Of a stretch of 64,000 bases of DNA, positions 19,188 through 29,788 are shown one piece after another. The notes under the pieces were generated by a model, which worked only from the letters and a program-made list of their open reading frames with translations, did not search any database and was not told the DNA's origin. The translations under genes were made by a program, and so were the position numbers. Origin of the DNA: Candidatus Omnitrophota bacterium. GTDB lineage: Bacteria > Omnitrophota > Gorgyraeia > Gygaellales > Profunditerraquicolaceae. The stretch is taken from positions 7,903 through 71,902 of the forward strand of contig JAQUMX010000003.1 of the NCBI GenBank assembly GCA_028717885.1. Direction: 5' to 3'. Positions within the stretch are counted from its first letter, which is position 1; each line of letters starts with the position of its first letter.

Positions 19188-20255
19188 TCATTTATTTCTC
19201 TCCAGTAATTCCTGCTGTGCCTTAATCAAGGCTTCGGAAAGCTCATCAAGCTCTCCCTCTAAAATCGCTTCCAACTGATGCGAAGTAAAATTAATTCGGT
19301 GGTCGGTAACCCTGCGGTCAGGAAAATTATAAGTGCGGATTTTTTCACTGCGGTCGCCGGTGCCGATCTGTGCTTTTCTTTCCCGGGAAACCTTCTTTAA
19401 CTCTTCCTGCTGTTTCATATCCAAGAGCCGGGCACGCAAAATACGCATTGCCTTGGTTTTATTTTTTATTTGCGAACGCTCATCCTGACAGGCAACTACC
19501 AAACCGCTTGGGGTGTGCGTAATCCGCACGGCAGAATCGGTTTTTTGCATGTGCTGCCCGCCGGGGCCGCTGGAGCGATAGGTATCAATGCGCAAATCCT
19601 TTGTATCAATTGCCAACTCCACTTCTTCAGGCTCAACGAATACCGCTACAGTCGCAGTAGAGGTATGGATCCTGCCCTGCGCCTCGGTTACGGGAACGCG
19701 CTGCACACGGTGCACGCCACTCTCGTATTTTAACCGCTTAAACGCATCTTTTCCTTTAACGCTAAAGGAAACTTCTTTAAATCCGCCGGAATCATTTTCG
19801 CTGGCAGACATTAATTCTACCTGCCAGCCCTTAGCGGAAGCATATTTATTGTACATCCGGTAAAGGTCAGCGGCAAAAAGCCCTGCTTCATCTCCGCCGG
19901 TGCCCTGCCTGATTTCGACGATCATGTCCTTACCCAGGTCCCTATCTTCTCCGGCGAGTTTTCTTTTTAGTTGCTCTTCCAAGCTTTGCTTTTTAACTTT
20001 TAGCTCTTCAAGCTCTTTTCTGGCTAAATCCAAGAACTCTTTATCATGCTTCTCCCCTAGAACCGATTCCAAATCCTTGGCTTCTGCAGAAGCACGCTTA
20101 TAGTCCCGGAATAAAAACACTTGGTCTTTCAGGCTGGAAAGCTCCCGGACATAACGGCCATAAAGTTCCTTATTGGAAAGAACCTCTGGTAAGCCCAAAA
20201 GATTCTCCAGCTCTTGATAGCGTTGTTCTATTTTTTCTAATTGTTGCTCTTGCAT
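19188..20255 (-). CDS. prfA: peptide chain release factor 1
   Basis: [11 protein letters not shown] (GGQ) motif and [15 protein letters not shown] (PxT-type tripeptide region). 355 aa. Confidence 0.95.
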   Translation of the reverse strand: MQEQQLEKIEQRYQELENLLGLPEVLSNKELYGRYVRELSSLKDQVFLFRDYKRASAEAKDLESVLGEKHDKEFLDLARKELEELKVKKQSLEEQLKRKLAGEDRDLGKDMIVEIRQGTGGDEAGLFAADLYRMYNKYASAKGWQVELMSASENDSGGFKEVSFSVKGKDAFKRLKYESGVHRVQRVPVTEAQGRIHTSTATVAVFVEPEEVELAIDTKDLRIDTYRSSGPGGQHMQKTDSAVRITHTPSGLVVACQDERSQIKNKTKAMRILRARLLDMKQQEELKKVSRERKAQIGTGDRSEKIRTYNFPDRRVTDHRINFTSHQLEAILEGELDELSEALIKAQQELLERNK

Positions 20256-20259
20256 ATTT

Positions 20260-20466
20260 TTAAGCAGCTTTTTTCCCGTATTTCTTCATAAACTTATCCA
20301 CTCTACCCGCAGAATCAACGAACTTCTGCTTTCCGGTAAAAAATGGATGGCATGCAGAACAAACCTCAACCCTAATGTTCGGTTTAGTAGAACGCGTGTG
20401 GATGGTATTGCCGCATGCGCAAACAATAACACAATCCTGATACTTAGGATGAATCTTTTCTTTCAT
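20260..20466 (-). CDS. rpmE: 50S ribosomal protein L31 (Cys-containing form)
   Basis: MKEKIHPKY...[13 protein letters not shown] use the internal ATG at 20466, which has GGAGG 6 nt upstream. The longer ORF-track start adds 15 non-homologous residues. Confidence 0.9.
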   Translation of the reverse strand: MKEKIHPKYQDCVIVCACGNTIHTRSTKPNIRVEVCSACHPFFTGKQKFVDSAGRVDKFMKKYGKKAA

Positions 20467-20478
20467 TTGAATCCTCCT

Positions 20479-20521
20479 TGCCCGCGAGGGCATACCCGCG
20501 CAAATCAACATAAGCGCGGGG
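20479..20521 (-). promoter_or_regulatory. structured rho-rpmE intergenic leader (two GC hairpins)
   Basis: One hairpin is tgccc-gcga-gggca (20479-20492). A second stem of about 8 bp is formed by acccgcgc and gcgcggggt (20494-20521). No U-tract follows, so this is not a clear intrinsic terminator and its function is unknown. Confidence 0.3.
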
Positions 20522-20527
20522 TATCTC

Positions 20528-21784
20528 TTATTGGTTCATACCGTTTAAAAACTCTTCATTATTCTTTGTCTTTGCCAATTTCTCGATCAACAATTCCATT
20601 GCCTCGACATTGCTCAATTCATTGAGGACTTTGCGTAAAATCCAGGCCTTCTGCAAGATCTCCTGTTTTAGTAATAACTCTTCATGCCTGGTGTTGGAGC
20701 GCTTGATATCGATTGCCGGATAGATGCGGCGCTGGAATAAATTCCTGTCCAGCTGCAATTCCATATTCCCGGTGCCTTTAAATTCTTCGAAGATAACTTC
20801 ATCCATCCTGCTTCCGGTATCTACCAGGGCTGTAGCAATAATGGTAAGGCTCCCGCCTTCTTCGATAGCGCGAGCCGCGCCAAAAAAGCGCTTTGGCTTT
20901 TGCAAAGCATTCGAATCAATACCGCCGGATAGAACCTTGCCGCTATGCGGCACTACCGAATTATAAGCCCTGGCTAAACGGGTAATGCTATCAAGCAAAA
21001 CCACTACGTCGCGCTTGTGCTCTACCAGCCTCTTGGCTTTTTCCAGTACGATTTCCGCAACCTGCACGTGCCGTTCTGGCGGCTCATCGAAAGTCGAAGA
21101 GATTACTTCGCCTTTAACGTTTCTCTGCATATCCGTAACTTCTTCCGGGCGCTCATCGATCAGCAATACGATTAAAAACACATCCGGCTGGTTATGCATA
21201 ATTGCATTAGCGATCTTCTGCAAAAGCACGGTTTTACCACTGTACGGCTGAGCAACAATCAAGCCGCGCTGCCCCTTACCGATAGGGGTAAGCAAATCCA
21301 TGATACGCATGGAAACTTCTTTGGGGTCGCTCTCCAAAACAAAATGCTCTTTCGGATACACAGGAGTAAGGTTATCAAAAAGCACTTTCTCTTTTGCTTC
21401 CTCCGGGTTCTCGAAGTTAACCGCCTGGACCTTTAACAATGCAAAATATTTTTCTCCTTCTTTCGGGGGGCGGATCTCGCCGCTTACCGTGTCTCCGGTC
21501 CTTAAGTCGAATTTCCTGATCTGTGAAGGGGAAATATAAATGTCGTCCGGGCAAGGCAAATAATTATAATTCGGGGAACGCAAAAACCCGAAACCTTCGG
21601 GAAGGATCTCCAATATCCCCTCCCCAAACATAAGCCCCTCTTTCTCCGCCTGCGCCTGCAGGATCTTAAAAATCAAGTCCGTTTTTTTTAGCCCGCTAAA
21701 GCCGTTGACATTAAGCTCCTTGGCGAGTTTATTTAACTCCGTAATTTTCATTTCTTTTAATTTTCCGATATCTAATTTTTCCAC
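20528..21784 (-). CDS. rho: transcription termination factor Rho
   Basis: N-terminal RNA-binding domain (GFGFLR) and a RecA-type ATPase domain with P-loop PYSGKT. 418 aa. Confidence 0.95.
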   Translation of the reverse strand: MEKLDIGKLKEMKITELNKLAKELNVNGFSGLKKTDLIFKILQAQAEKEGLMFGEGILEILPEGFGFLRSPNYNYLPCPDDIYISPSQIRKFDLRTGDTVSGEIRPPKEGEKYFALLKVQAVNFENPEEAKEKVLFDNLTPVYPKEHFVLESDPKEVSMRIMDLLTPIGKGQRGLIVAQPYSGKTVLLQKIANAIMHNQPDVFLIVLLIDERPEEVTDMQRNVKGEVISSTFDEPPERHVQVAEIVLEKAKRLVEHKRDVVVLLDSITRLARAYNSVVPHSGKVLSGGIDSNALQKPKRFFGAARAIEEGGSLTIIATALVDTGSRMDEVIFEEFKGTGNMELQLDRNLFQRRIYPAIDIKRSNTRHEELLLKQEILQKAWILRKVLNELSNVEAMELLIEKLAKTKNNEEFLNGMNQ

Positions 21785-22380
21785 AACTGCCTCCTGATTT
21801 TTTCCACTTGTTTTTTTGTCTCCTGTAAACTACCGCTATTATCTATTACAAAATCCGCGATACGGACCTTATCTGAAAGGGGCAGTTGCGCTTTTATCCT
21901 GTTTAATACTTCTGCCTCGCTAAAGGAAAACTTTTTCTTCATGCGTTTGATTTGTTCCTTACGGTTGATTTTTACCACAATAACCTTATCCACGTTTTTG
22001 TACATTCCCGACTCGATTAAAAGCGGCACATCAAGGATAACCAACCCGGGCCGGGCCGTCCTGATTTTATCCTTGATCATCCGGATTACCCGGGGGTGGA
22101 TAATCCGATTAAGTTCCGTAAGCAGCTTTCGATTTTTAAAAACCAGCGCGCCAATATTTTTACGGCTAAGGCTTCCGGAAAAAAGTTTTTTTACTTTCCG
22201 GCAGGTTGAAGTGCCCGGCTTAAGCAAGCTATGCGCGATTTTATCCGCGTCGATAACCGTACAACCATGCGCCTTAAAATACCTGGCGGCGGTACTCTTT
22301 CCGCTGCCGAAAGAACCGGTTAACCCGACAATGGTTTTTTTGGCTATTTTTTTCTGCAGCATGCGCTTTTTTCGCAACAT
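21772..22380 (-). CDS. coaE: dephospho-CoA kinase
   Basis: P-loop [12 protein letters not shown]. 202 aa with a typical CoaE layout. Confidence 0.9.
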   Translation of the reverse strand: MLRKKRMLQKKIAKKTIVGLTGSFGSGKSTAARYFKAHGCTVIDADKIAHSLLKPGTSTCRKVKKLFSGSLSRKNIGALVFKNRKLLTELNRIIHPRVIRMIKDKIRTARPGLVILDVPLLIESGMYKNVDKVIVVKINRKEQIKRMKKKFSFSEAEVLNRIKAQLPLSDKVRIADFVIDNSGSLQETKKQVEKIRRQLWKN

Positions 22381-23777
22381 CCAAAAGTCCTGCTATTCCT
22401 GGCTTTCATATAAAGATCAAGGTATTTCTTCGCTGACTCCCCCCAGGAAAAATCGGCATTGATTGCCGTATTCAATAATTTATTCCATTTATTTTTGTTC
22501 TTGAAAGCCTGGATCGAAGATTCGATAGTGCCAATCAGCGCGTCCTTACTGTATCGGTCAAAAATAAAACCATTATCCTTATTTACCGTATCAGCCAAAC
22601 CGCCGGTTTTAAAGACCAAAGGTATAGTCGCATAGCGCAAGCTGATTAATTGCCCCAAACCGCAAGGCTCATACTTCGATGGCATAAGAAATAAATCCGA
22701 GCCGGCGTAAATTTTATGCGCCAGCGCATCATCGAATTTTAAATGCAGAGAAATCACCTTAGGGTGTTTCTTAACCATCTCTTCCATAATCTGATGGTAT
22801 TTTAAATCGCCGGTGCCTAAAATTACCAGCTGCAAATCCATATTGCAGATCTCGTCAATGCCTTCTGCTACGATATCAAAACCTTTTTGTTCCGCTAACC
22901 TGGAGACCACGCCAAATAACGGTACGTCTTTTTTCAAAGGCAACTTGCAAAAGGCCTGTAAATCTTCCTTGTCTTTTGCTTTACCGCTTAAGTTCTTGGC
23001 GGAAAAGTTACTGGCAATGAATTTATCGGTTTCCGGGTTCCAGATGGTATAATCCAGGCCGTTTAAAATCCCAAAGACAGAATTTTTACGCTTATTCAAA
23101 ACCCCTTCCAGGCCGAAACCGAATTCCTGGGTCTGGATTTCTTTGCTATAGGTGGGGCTAACCGTATTGATAATATCGCTGTAAACCATCCCGCCTTTAA
23201 GGATATTGATCTTACCGTAAAACTCCAGCCCCTCAATATCAAAAACGCTCCAAGCCAAATCCAGCTTAGGAAATTCTTCTTTTGGGAAAAGCCCCTGGTA
23301 ACCGATATTATGGATAGTCAATACCGTTCTAGTATTTTTGTAAAAACTATCCTGGGCATAAAGGTTCCTTAAGTAAACGGGAATTAAGCAAGCCTGCCAA
23401 TCATGCACATGGATAATATCGGGCTTAAAATTAATCTCTTTTAATAATTCCAGCGCCCTTTTGCAGTAATAGGAAAACCTTTCCAGGTTATCCGGGTAAT
23501 CCCCGGTCTTATCGCCATAAAGGCTGTCCCTGCCGTAGAAGCTTTCCTTTTCGATAAAATATACCTTGATGTTCTTGCCGAGAGTGGAATATAAAATATC
23601 GTTCTTCAATCTTTTAAGGTTAAACTTGGTTTCCTGAATCATTTTATATTTGGGCATAACGATAATGATTTCCTGGCCTTCAGCCTCCAGCGCCAAGGGT
23701 AAAGCGCCTGCCACATCCGCCAAACCGCCTGTCTTTGCGAAAGGAACCACCTCTGATGCGCACATCACTATTTTCAT
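22344..23777 (-). CDS. glgA: glycogen (starch) synthase, GT5
   Basis: N-terminal KTGGLADV motif. 477 aa. Confidence 0.9.
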   Translation of the reverse strand: MKIVMCASEVVPFAKTGGLADVAGALPLALEAEGQEIIIVMPKYKMIQETKFNLKRLKNDILYSTLGKNIKVYFIEKESFYGRDSLYGDKTGDYPDNLERFSYYCKRALELLKEINFKPDIIHVHDWQACLIPVYLRNLYAQDSFYKNTRTVLTIHNIGYQGLFPKEEFPKLDLAWSVFDIEGLEFYGKINILKGGMVYSDIINTVSPTYSKEIQTQEFGFGLEGVLNKRKNSVFGILNGLDYTIWNPETDKFIASNFSAKNLSGKAKDKEDLQAFCKLPLKKDVPLFGVVSRLAEQKGFDIVAEGIDEICNMDLQLVILGTGDLKYHQIMEEMVKKHPKVISLHLKFDDALAHKIYAGSDLFLMPSKYEPCGLGQLISLRYATIPLVFKTGGLADTVNKDNGFIFDRYSKDALIGTIESSIQAFKNKNKWNKLLNTAINADFSWGESAKKYLDLYMKARNSRTFGCCEKSACCRKK

Positions 23778-26314
23778 TTTACCTCCTCCATGTTTAACCA
23801 GTTTTTCCCTTTTTTGATACTGACCCTGATTGGCACATCCAATTTCAAAACATTCTCCATGCGCTCCTTTACCAAAGCGCTTGTTACCTGCAATTCCTCC
23901 TGCGGAATTTCAAATACCAGCTCATCATGGATTTGAATCAGCATTTTGGTTTTTAACTGCTTATTTTTGATTTCACGCTGTATATCTACCATTGCTAATT
24001 TAATCAGATCGCTGGCAGAGCCTTGTATCGGAGTATTCACTGCCTGGCGCTGCGCAAGCTGGCGGATCGCCATATTCCTGTTCTTGATTTCCGGTAAATA
24101 CCTGCGCCGGCCAAGAATAGTAGTAGCGTAGCCGGAATCTTCTACTCTTTTAATCTGCTCATCAATATAAGTTTTAACCCCCGCGTACCTAGAAAAATAA
24201 GCATCGATAAAACCTTGTGCCTCATCAACCGGAATATTCAGGTCGCGCGACAAGCCGTAAGCAGAAAGGCCGTAGACAATTCCGAAATTAATACGCTTGG
24301 CAACCTCTCGCATCGCTTCATTGACATCATTCTCCTCTATCCCATAAATCAAAGACGCAGTGAATTTATGCACATCTTTATCTTGTTTAAAAGAAGCGAG
24401 CAGGGTTTGGTCTCCGGATAAATGCGCCAAAATCCTAAGCTCGATCTGCGAATAATCAAAAGATAAAAGAAAATTATTTGTTTCCGAAACGATGATTGCC
24501 GCGCGGATTTTACTGCCAATCTCGGTCTTAATCGGAATATTCTGTAAATTCGGATTAGTGGAACTAAGCCTTCCGGTTTCTGTGGTGGTCTGGTTAAAAG
24601 AAGCATGGATCCTTCCCGTATCTTTATCCACCAAATCCGGCAAAGTATCTACATAAGTAGTTTTTAATTTCATCAACTGCCGGTACTCCAGGATCAAGCC
24701 CGGAAGCGCGTGCTTAACTGCTAATTTTCTTAAAACCTCTTCATCCGTCGAAGGGCCGGTTTTGCTGCGCTTGGCTACCGGTAATTTCAATTTCTCAAAT
24801 AAAATCTCTCTTAGTTGTTTCGGGGAATTAATATTAAATTCGCTGCCGCTTATAGTATAAATCCGGCTGATTAGTTCCTTTAACCGCTTATCCAGCTCTA
24901 TGGAAAGTTCTTTTAAAAGCTTCAAATCGAGCTTAATGCCGTTAATTTCTATTTCTGCCAAAACTTCGGAAAGCGGCATCTCCAGGTCAAAAAAAAGTTT
25001 CAAAAGTTCCTTTTCCCGCAACTCTTCTTCCAGTTTTGGCCTTAAGCGAATGATAAGGTCGATTGCCCGGCCGGGCCCCAGTGTTTCCTCCTTAACCCCT
25101 TCTTTAAGGTAATTCCATGCCAGGTCAGCCAGAGTAAATCCTCCGGCAGAGGGATTAATCAAATATGCGGCGATCATAGTATCAAAATACGCGCCCGCCA
25201 AAGCCAGATCCGATTTCGCCAGGGAAACTTTAGCCTTCTTTAAATCGTGGCCGATTTTCTTTAGCTTTGTGTCGGCAAGTGCCTGTTTTATTCCTGCGCC
25301 AAGCTTATTGAAGCGGAAAATTTTTTCTTCCGCGCAAAATACCAAATCGTTTTCGGAAACCCCAAAAAGAAATAATTCCCCTGTTTTCCCGAACGCCTCT
25401 TTTAAATCCTTATCTTCTATTTTCTCTACTGCTGCCTGTTCAACCGGTTTTTCCTCAAGGGGAAGGGTTTTTAAAAACGACTTAAATTCCAGGTATTTAA
25501 AAAGGCTGAATAATTCCTGGTAATCAGGAGTGCCGATTTTGATTTTTTCCAAGTCCAGCGCCACTCCGGCATCCTTATCCAAAATCGCCAGCTCTTTGCT
25601 TAATTTGATATTCTGCGCATTTTCCTGGACGATTTTTTTCAGCCTTTCCTGCTTGATTTTAGCAACGTTATCCAAAAGGTTTTCTGCCGAACCGAACTCT
25701 TTTACTAATTCTACCGCGGTCTTTTCGCCGATGCCTTTTGCCCCGGGGATATTATCAACATCGTCTCCCATCAGAGCCAGAATATCGGGGATTTGTCCGG
25801 CGGAAATTCCAAAACGCTCCAAAATCTTCTTTTCGTCATAAAAAGTACCCTCATTCTTATAAGGGCTAAACACCTTTGTGTTCTTATTCACCAATTGCAG
25901 CATATCCTTGTCAGAACTGATAATCGTTACTGCCAGCCCCTTTTCCTCTGCCTGCTTAGAGAGTGTAGCAATCACATCATCCGCCTCAAAGCCTTCTTTT
26001 TCCAAAATCTCTATTCCGTAAGCGGCAATGATTTTCTTGATCAAAGGGAACTGCCCCTGCAGCCCTTCGGGCATAGGCGGGCGCTGTATTTTATATTCCG
26101 CGTATTTTTTCTGACGGAAGGTTTCCCTGGACACATCGAAACAAGCTGCCAGGTATTGCGGGTCATGCTCCTTCAAAATTTTATTGAGCATATTCACAAA
26201 GCCGAAAATTGCGTTCGTGGGCTGGCCAAAAGAAGTACTTAAGCCGCTTACCGCAAAAAATGCCCGGTAACAAAATGCCGTCGCATCAATTAAATATACC
26301 CGTTTTTCTTTCAT
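23774..26314 (-). CDS. polA: DNA polymerase I
   Basis: 5'-nuclease N-terminus, plus polymerase motif A (DYSQIELR) and motif C (QIHDELVFE). 846 aa. Confidence 0.95.
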   Translation of the reverse strand: MKEKRVYLIDATAFCYRAFFAVSGLSTSFGQPTNAIFGFVNMLNKILKEHDPQYLAACFDVSRETFRQKKYAEYKIQRPPMPEGLQGQFPLIKKIIAAYGIEILEKEGFEADDVIATLSKQAEEKGLAVTIISSDKDMLQLVNKNTKVFSPYKNEGTFYDEKKILERFGISAGQIPDILALMGDDVDNIPGAKGIGEKTAVELVKEFGSAENLLDNVAKIKQERLKKIVQENAQNIKLSKELAILDKDAGVALDLEKIKIGTPDYQELFSLFKYLEFKSFLKTLPLEEKPVEQAAVEKIEDKDLKEAFGKTGELFLFGVSENDLVFCAEEKIFRFNKLGAGIKQALADTKLKKIGHDLKKAKVSLAKSDLALAGAYFDTMIAAYLINPSAGGFTLADLAWNYLKEGVKEETLGPGRAIDLIIRLRPKLEEELREKELLKLFFDLEMPLSEVLAEIEINGIKLDLKLLKELSIELDKRLKELISRIYTISGSEFNINSPKQLREILFEKLKLPVAKRSKTGPSTDEEVLRKLAVKHALPGLILEYRQLMKLKTTYVDTLPDLVDKDTGRIHASFNQTTTETGRLSSTNPNLQNIPIKTEIGSKIRAAIIVSETNNFLLSFDYSQIELRILAHLSGDQTLLASFKQDKDVHKFTASLIYGIEENDVNEAMREVAKRINFGIVYGLSAYGLSRDLNIPVDEAQGFIDAYFSRYAGVKTYIDEQIKRVEDSGYATTILGRRRYLPEIKNRNMAIRQLAQRQAVNTPIQGSASDLIKLAMVDIQREIKNKQLKTKMLIQIHDELVFEIPQEELQVTSALVKERMENVLKLDVPIRVSIKKGKNWLNMEEVK

Positions 26315-26366
26315 GGATTATTTCATGGGAAATTTTGGTAGGAATAACTAAGGCTTTTTTGCTCTC

Positions 26367-27176
26367 TTATCTGACTAACAACCTGTTCTGCAACTTATCC
26401 ACGAACTCTACTATCCTTAAGTTATCCGAATCTAGTTGCATGGCATCCAGGGCCTCCCGATAAGCCTGCAGTGTATCTCCTGTATCATAATGTTTTTTTG
26501 CCCGTTCAAAATAAATTCTGGCTGCCGCCTTATCATCCTCGCGGATCAATTTCTTTTGCGCGGCAATCCCTTCTGCCAGGTCCGCAACTTCCTTTTCTCC
26601 GAGAGCTGCCAGCTCGCCTTGTTTTTGCCCGGTAGCAACCTTGATATCTTCAACCCGCTGTTGGGCCTTTAACGTCCAGGGCTCATCGGGTAAGCCTAAT
26701 TCCGCCCTTTTCTCCCAGAAGAATTGCGCCTTCTTTAGATTACGTTGGGTTTCGTATAAAAGGGCCAAGTTTGAATAAGCGCTTAAGAACCCCGGGTCAG
26801 CTCCGATACATCTCAAGTAATATTCCTCCGCCGAAGGCAAATCCCCTTCTGCCTCGGCGATAATACCTAAATCATTATAAGGAACCGCGTATAAGGGATC
26901 GGCAATCACTGCGCGCTGATAAAAAGCTTTCGCATCTTCCAGGTTACCGGCATCTTGCAAAACAACACCTTGCTGACGGTAATCCCTGGCCATTTTTTGA
27001 AATCCGGCCAACGGGCCAAGCTCCGGAAGCCCCTTTTTTGCTTTAGTATTTTGAGCAGAAGAACTATTTATCGTAGATTGCTGTGCAGCGAAAACAAAAG
27101 AGTGACCCATAAGAAAGATAGCAATGATTATTGTCCTTAGGCTATTTTTGAAGGAGGGGTAAACCATTGATACCAT
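26367..27176 (-). CDS. TPR-repeat protein with N-terminal hydrophobic signal/anchor
   Basis: Repeated A-x-x-x-Y/F...A...P TPR-like units (AKAFYQRAVIADP, AEEYYLRCIGADP). Hydrophobic N-terminus IIIAIFLMGHSFVFA. Confidence 0.7.
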   Translation of the reverse strand: MVSMVYPSFKNSLRTIIIAIFLMGHSFVFAAQQSTINSSSAQNTKAKKGLPELGPLAGFQKMARDYRQQGVVLQDAGNLEDAKAFYQRAVIADPLYAVPYNDLGIIAEAEGDLPSAEEYYLRCIGADPGFLSAYSNLALLYETQRNLKKAQFFWEKRAELGLPDEPWTLKAQQRVEDIKVATGQKQGELAALGEKEVADLAEGIAAQKKLIREDDKAAARIYFERAKKHYDTGDTLQAYREALDAMQLDSDNLRIVEFVDKLQNRLLVR

Positions 27177-27237
27177 TAATTATACCTTCAATTTCCTTGT
27201 GGTCAAGAGAAAAATTCCGCAGAAAGCGGCATACCGT

Positions 27238-29787
27238 TTAAATTAAAGGATCCATGCTTAACGCAGGATGCTTAACTTTCTCCAAATATGCCAACAATTC
27301 TTCTGAATTAGTAGCTATGGATTCATCGGCAATTTTTTCCATTAAATCAGGCTCGCCGATTTCTGCGCAGCGCTTTTTTAATTTTTCGCTCAAAAGCTCT
27401 TTTAGCTCTTTAGGCAGCCACACTAAACGCTTTAATCCGCCTTCGGCAAGAATGAATTTTTTGCTCACGATGTATAATTTTCCTACTCCGGCAAACCCGG
27501 GAGTCTGTACTCCTCCGCCAACTGAGCCGGCTAAAGTAGTAAATGTCATGCCGCAAGGTGTTGTCCCGGAAAAATCGCGATGCACTACCATAACGCCATT
27601 AGCTTCGGGGATAATTGCCACAATACACTCAAAACACCCGCAGGATGACTGCGGGGCATCCATCATCGAATACATATTTACTTTTTCCACGGATTTATTC
27701 GATTTTTGGTAAACAAAATCATTGATACTCTTCCACTGCCCCAATTTTGCATCCAAGGCATTTCCTTTCAAGATCGGCTGGTTCGGGCCGGTAGGCGTAA
27801 TTTCATAAGAGGCTTTGCCGTCGAGCCAGGAATATGCCCCGCACAACCCTAAGCGTTCGGGAGTGATAATGCAAACGTGGTTAGGCGCAAATGACTGGCA
27901 CAACAAGCAGGAATAAAAAGTATCTACGCTTTCGTCGGTCATGCCGCCAATACGTTCATCGCGCTCGGCAAAAGTCTTATTCGCTCCGGCAAGCAATTTT
28001 TCTACATCCGCCTGCTTGGTATAAAGTTTTACCGCAATCTTATCGACAATTGCGCTATATTCCTGATGCAGCATGGCATGCAAAATCACCCCGATATGCT
28101 TTAAGCGAAAACCTTTTTGATAGGCATCCTGAGAAATCCTGATCCAGTTCATATCGCGCTGGCCGACGTGCATCAGGCCCATGGCGTAATTGACAAAACG
28201 GTGGATCTGGCGCTCCAGGATAGGCTCAAAATCCTTTTGCATTTTTCTGCCGGCAATTTCCACGATGATTGCCAACGGCAAACTCCTGGAATTTTTTTCC
28301 AATCCATCGATATCCGGCCCGACAAGTTCGATTTTTCCGTCTTCAACCTCTTCCATCTTCTTCATGGAAAGGTATTCAAAAGCAGCGGAGGCTTTGCCGC
28401 CGAATTCCACATAAAGATTTTCCCGGCGCACGCGCTCGCCTTCAAAGGCAGCGGCATAAGGAACCGGGATATCGATATTGGCGACTTTCACTTTTAGGCC
28501 CCTGACTTCGATACATTTTGCAGCAAGTTTTTTATAGTCGGTTTGCGTAACCAGTGCCTCGAAAAGTGTCGTATCAATCTTTCCTAAATTCGGCACTTCC
28601 AAGTCCGTAATAATCGGAAAACCTAGGGCCAATACGCCTAAACCCGTAGCGACAATCACTTCATCTACGTGGCTTAAAAGCACGACAAATGCCGGCACCT
28701 TTTGCTGGGTATATTTTAAAATTTCCTGCCATTGCCCGCTTTTTAATCCGCCGTACATTAGCGGAGCGCGGATAGCCCAGTTGACCGCGTAAATCGCCGA
28801 TAAATAATCTTCTCCTAAAGGGACAATATAATTTTCCAGGCCCATCTCGATTTTTTGGGCTTCCAACTGCGCCTTAAAAGTTTTTCCGTTCAGATTACCG
28901 ACTAAAATACTGACAATACTTCTGCTCTGGAACTCCCGGATCAAAGTAACTGCAGAAGCTTCGTCTTTTGCCGGGCCTAAAATCACTGCAATCCCGGCGA
29001 TCCTTCCGTCGACAAGCTGAATCCCTAAAGAACGCAGTAATGTATCGGACAAAAACCCGGCGTATCCGGCCTGCGGATGCTCATGATTTTCGTATTTTAA
29101 AACCGCTAAAATTTCTTCGCAGAGCAACGTAGCAACACCTTTATTCAATATCCCGCCCAGCGCCGGAATATTAAAACCATTGCCGGCTGCCTGGTTTTTA
29201 CTCAAAGCCTCTGCCTGCTGCAACACAACAGAACAATCCGCTAAAGTTTTGACTTCGATTTTTAAAAGCGCATCGGTTAACGGCAAATAATAGTTAGTCT
29301 CCGGAAAAGCCAATTTCGCATCGCTCCCCTTAGCCTTAATTGCGCCTTCGAGAACTGTTTTAGTAAGGTTTAATACTGCTTCATTGCCTTTAGTGCCTAA
29401 TTGGATGATGACATCTGCGGACATTTCTTCTCCCTTTCCTGTAATTTGCCCTTCTACGAAAACCACTAAAGATACACCGACTGCTTTTCCGTCTTTGAAT
29501 TTAACTGCTTCTGCCTTGCCTTCGCCGACGATTTCCTGAATCGGGCTTTGCACTACCTCAATCTCCGAAGGCAGTCCTGCAATATCGCTATCCGGGTTAA
29601 CCAGCTTGATCCCTACTTTGAATTTTTCCTGGAGTTGTTTGGCTAGGCCGACTGTCCAGTCCTGCGGCCCGTTGATACACACAGTATCATTAATCAAATA
29701 TTCATCTAGTTTTTTAAGGTCTTCGGGGGTGCTTAAAAACACAACGCCTTTTTTTCTTGCTCCGGGGATCGCAGGTAAGTTCGCCAT
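27238..29787 (-). CDS. acsB: CO-methylating acetyl-CoA synthase (A-cluster subunit, AcsB/CdhC type) with an N-terminal extension
   Basis: The cubane ligand pattern CLLCQSFAPNHVCIITPERLGLC (C-x2-C-x8-C-x9-C) and the Ni-binding SCGCFEC motif are both present. At 849 aa it is longer than the roughly 730-aa bacterial AcsB I recall. Confidence 0.9.
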   Translation of the reverse strand: MANLPAIPGARKKGVVFLSTPEDLKKLDEYLINDTVCINGPQDWTVGLAKQLQEKFKVGIKLVNPDSDIAGLPSEIEVVQSPIQEIVGEGKAEAVKFKDGKAVGVSLVVFVEGQITGKGEEMSADVIIQLGTKGNEAVLNLTKTVLEGAIKAKGSDAKLAFPETNYYLPLTDALLKIEVKTLADCSVVLQQAEALSKNQAAGNGFNIPALGGILNKGVATLLCEEILAVLKYENHEHPQAGYAGFLSDTLLRSLGIQLVDGRIAGIAVILGPAKDEASAVTLIREFQSRSIVSILVGNLNGKTFKAQLEAQKIEMGLENYIVPLGEDYLSAIYAVNWAIRAPLMYGGLKSGQWQEILKYTQQKVPAFVVLLSHVDEVIVATGLGVLALGFPIITDLEVPNLGKIDTTLFEALVTQTDYKKLAAKCIEVRGLKVKVANIDIPVPYAAAFEGERVRRENLYVEFGGKASAAFEYLSMKKMEEVEDGKIELVGPDIDGLEKNSRSLPLAIIVEIAGRKMQKDFEPILERQIHRFVNYAMGLMHVGQRDMNWIRISQDAYQKGFRLKHIGVILHAMLHQEYSAIVDKIAVKLYTKQADVEKLLAGANKTFAERDERIGGMTDESVDTFYSCLLCQSFAPNHVCIITPERLGLCGAYSWLDGKASYEITPTGPNQPILKGNALDAKLGQWKSINDFVYQKSNKSVEKVNMYSMMDAPQSSCGCFECIVAIIPEANGVMVVHRDFSGTTPCGMTFTTLAGSVGGGVQTPGFAGVGKLYIVSKKFILAEGGLKRLVWLPKELKELLSEKLKKRCAEIGEPDLMEKIADESIATNSEELLAYLEKVKHPALSMDPLI

Positions 29788-29788
29788 T

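Noticed and set aside
27179-27208. On the minus strand, TTGACC, a 16-nt spacer, then TATAAT immediately upstream of the TPR gene, suggesting a promoter for a leaderless mRNA.
   Set aside because: The -10 box ends only 2 nt before the annotated ATG, which is too close for a normal transcription start. The context is AT-rich. I kept it out of the feature list because it cannot be supported without transcript mapping.
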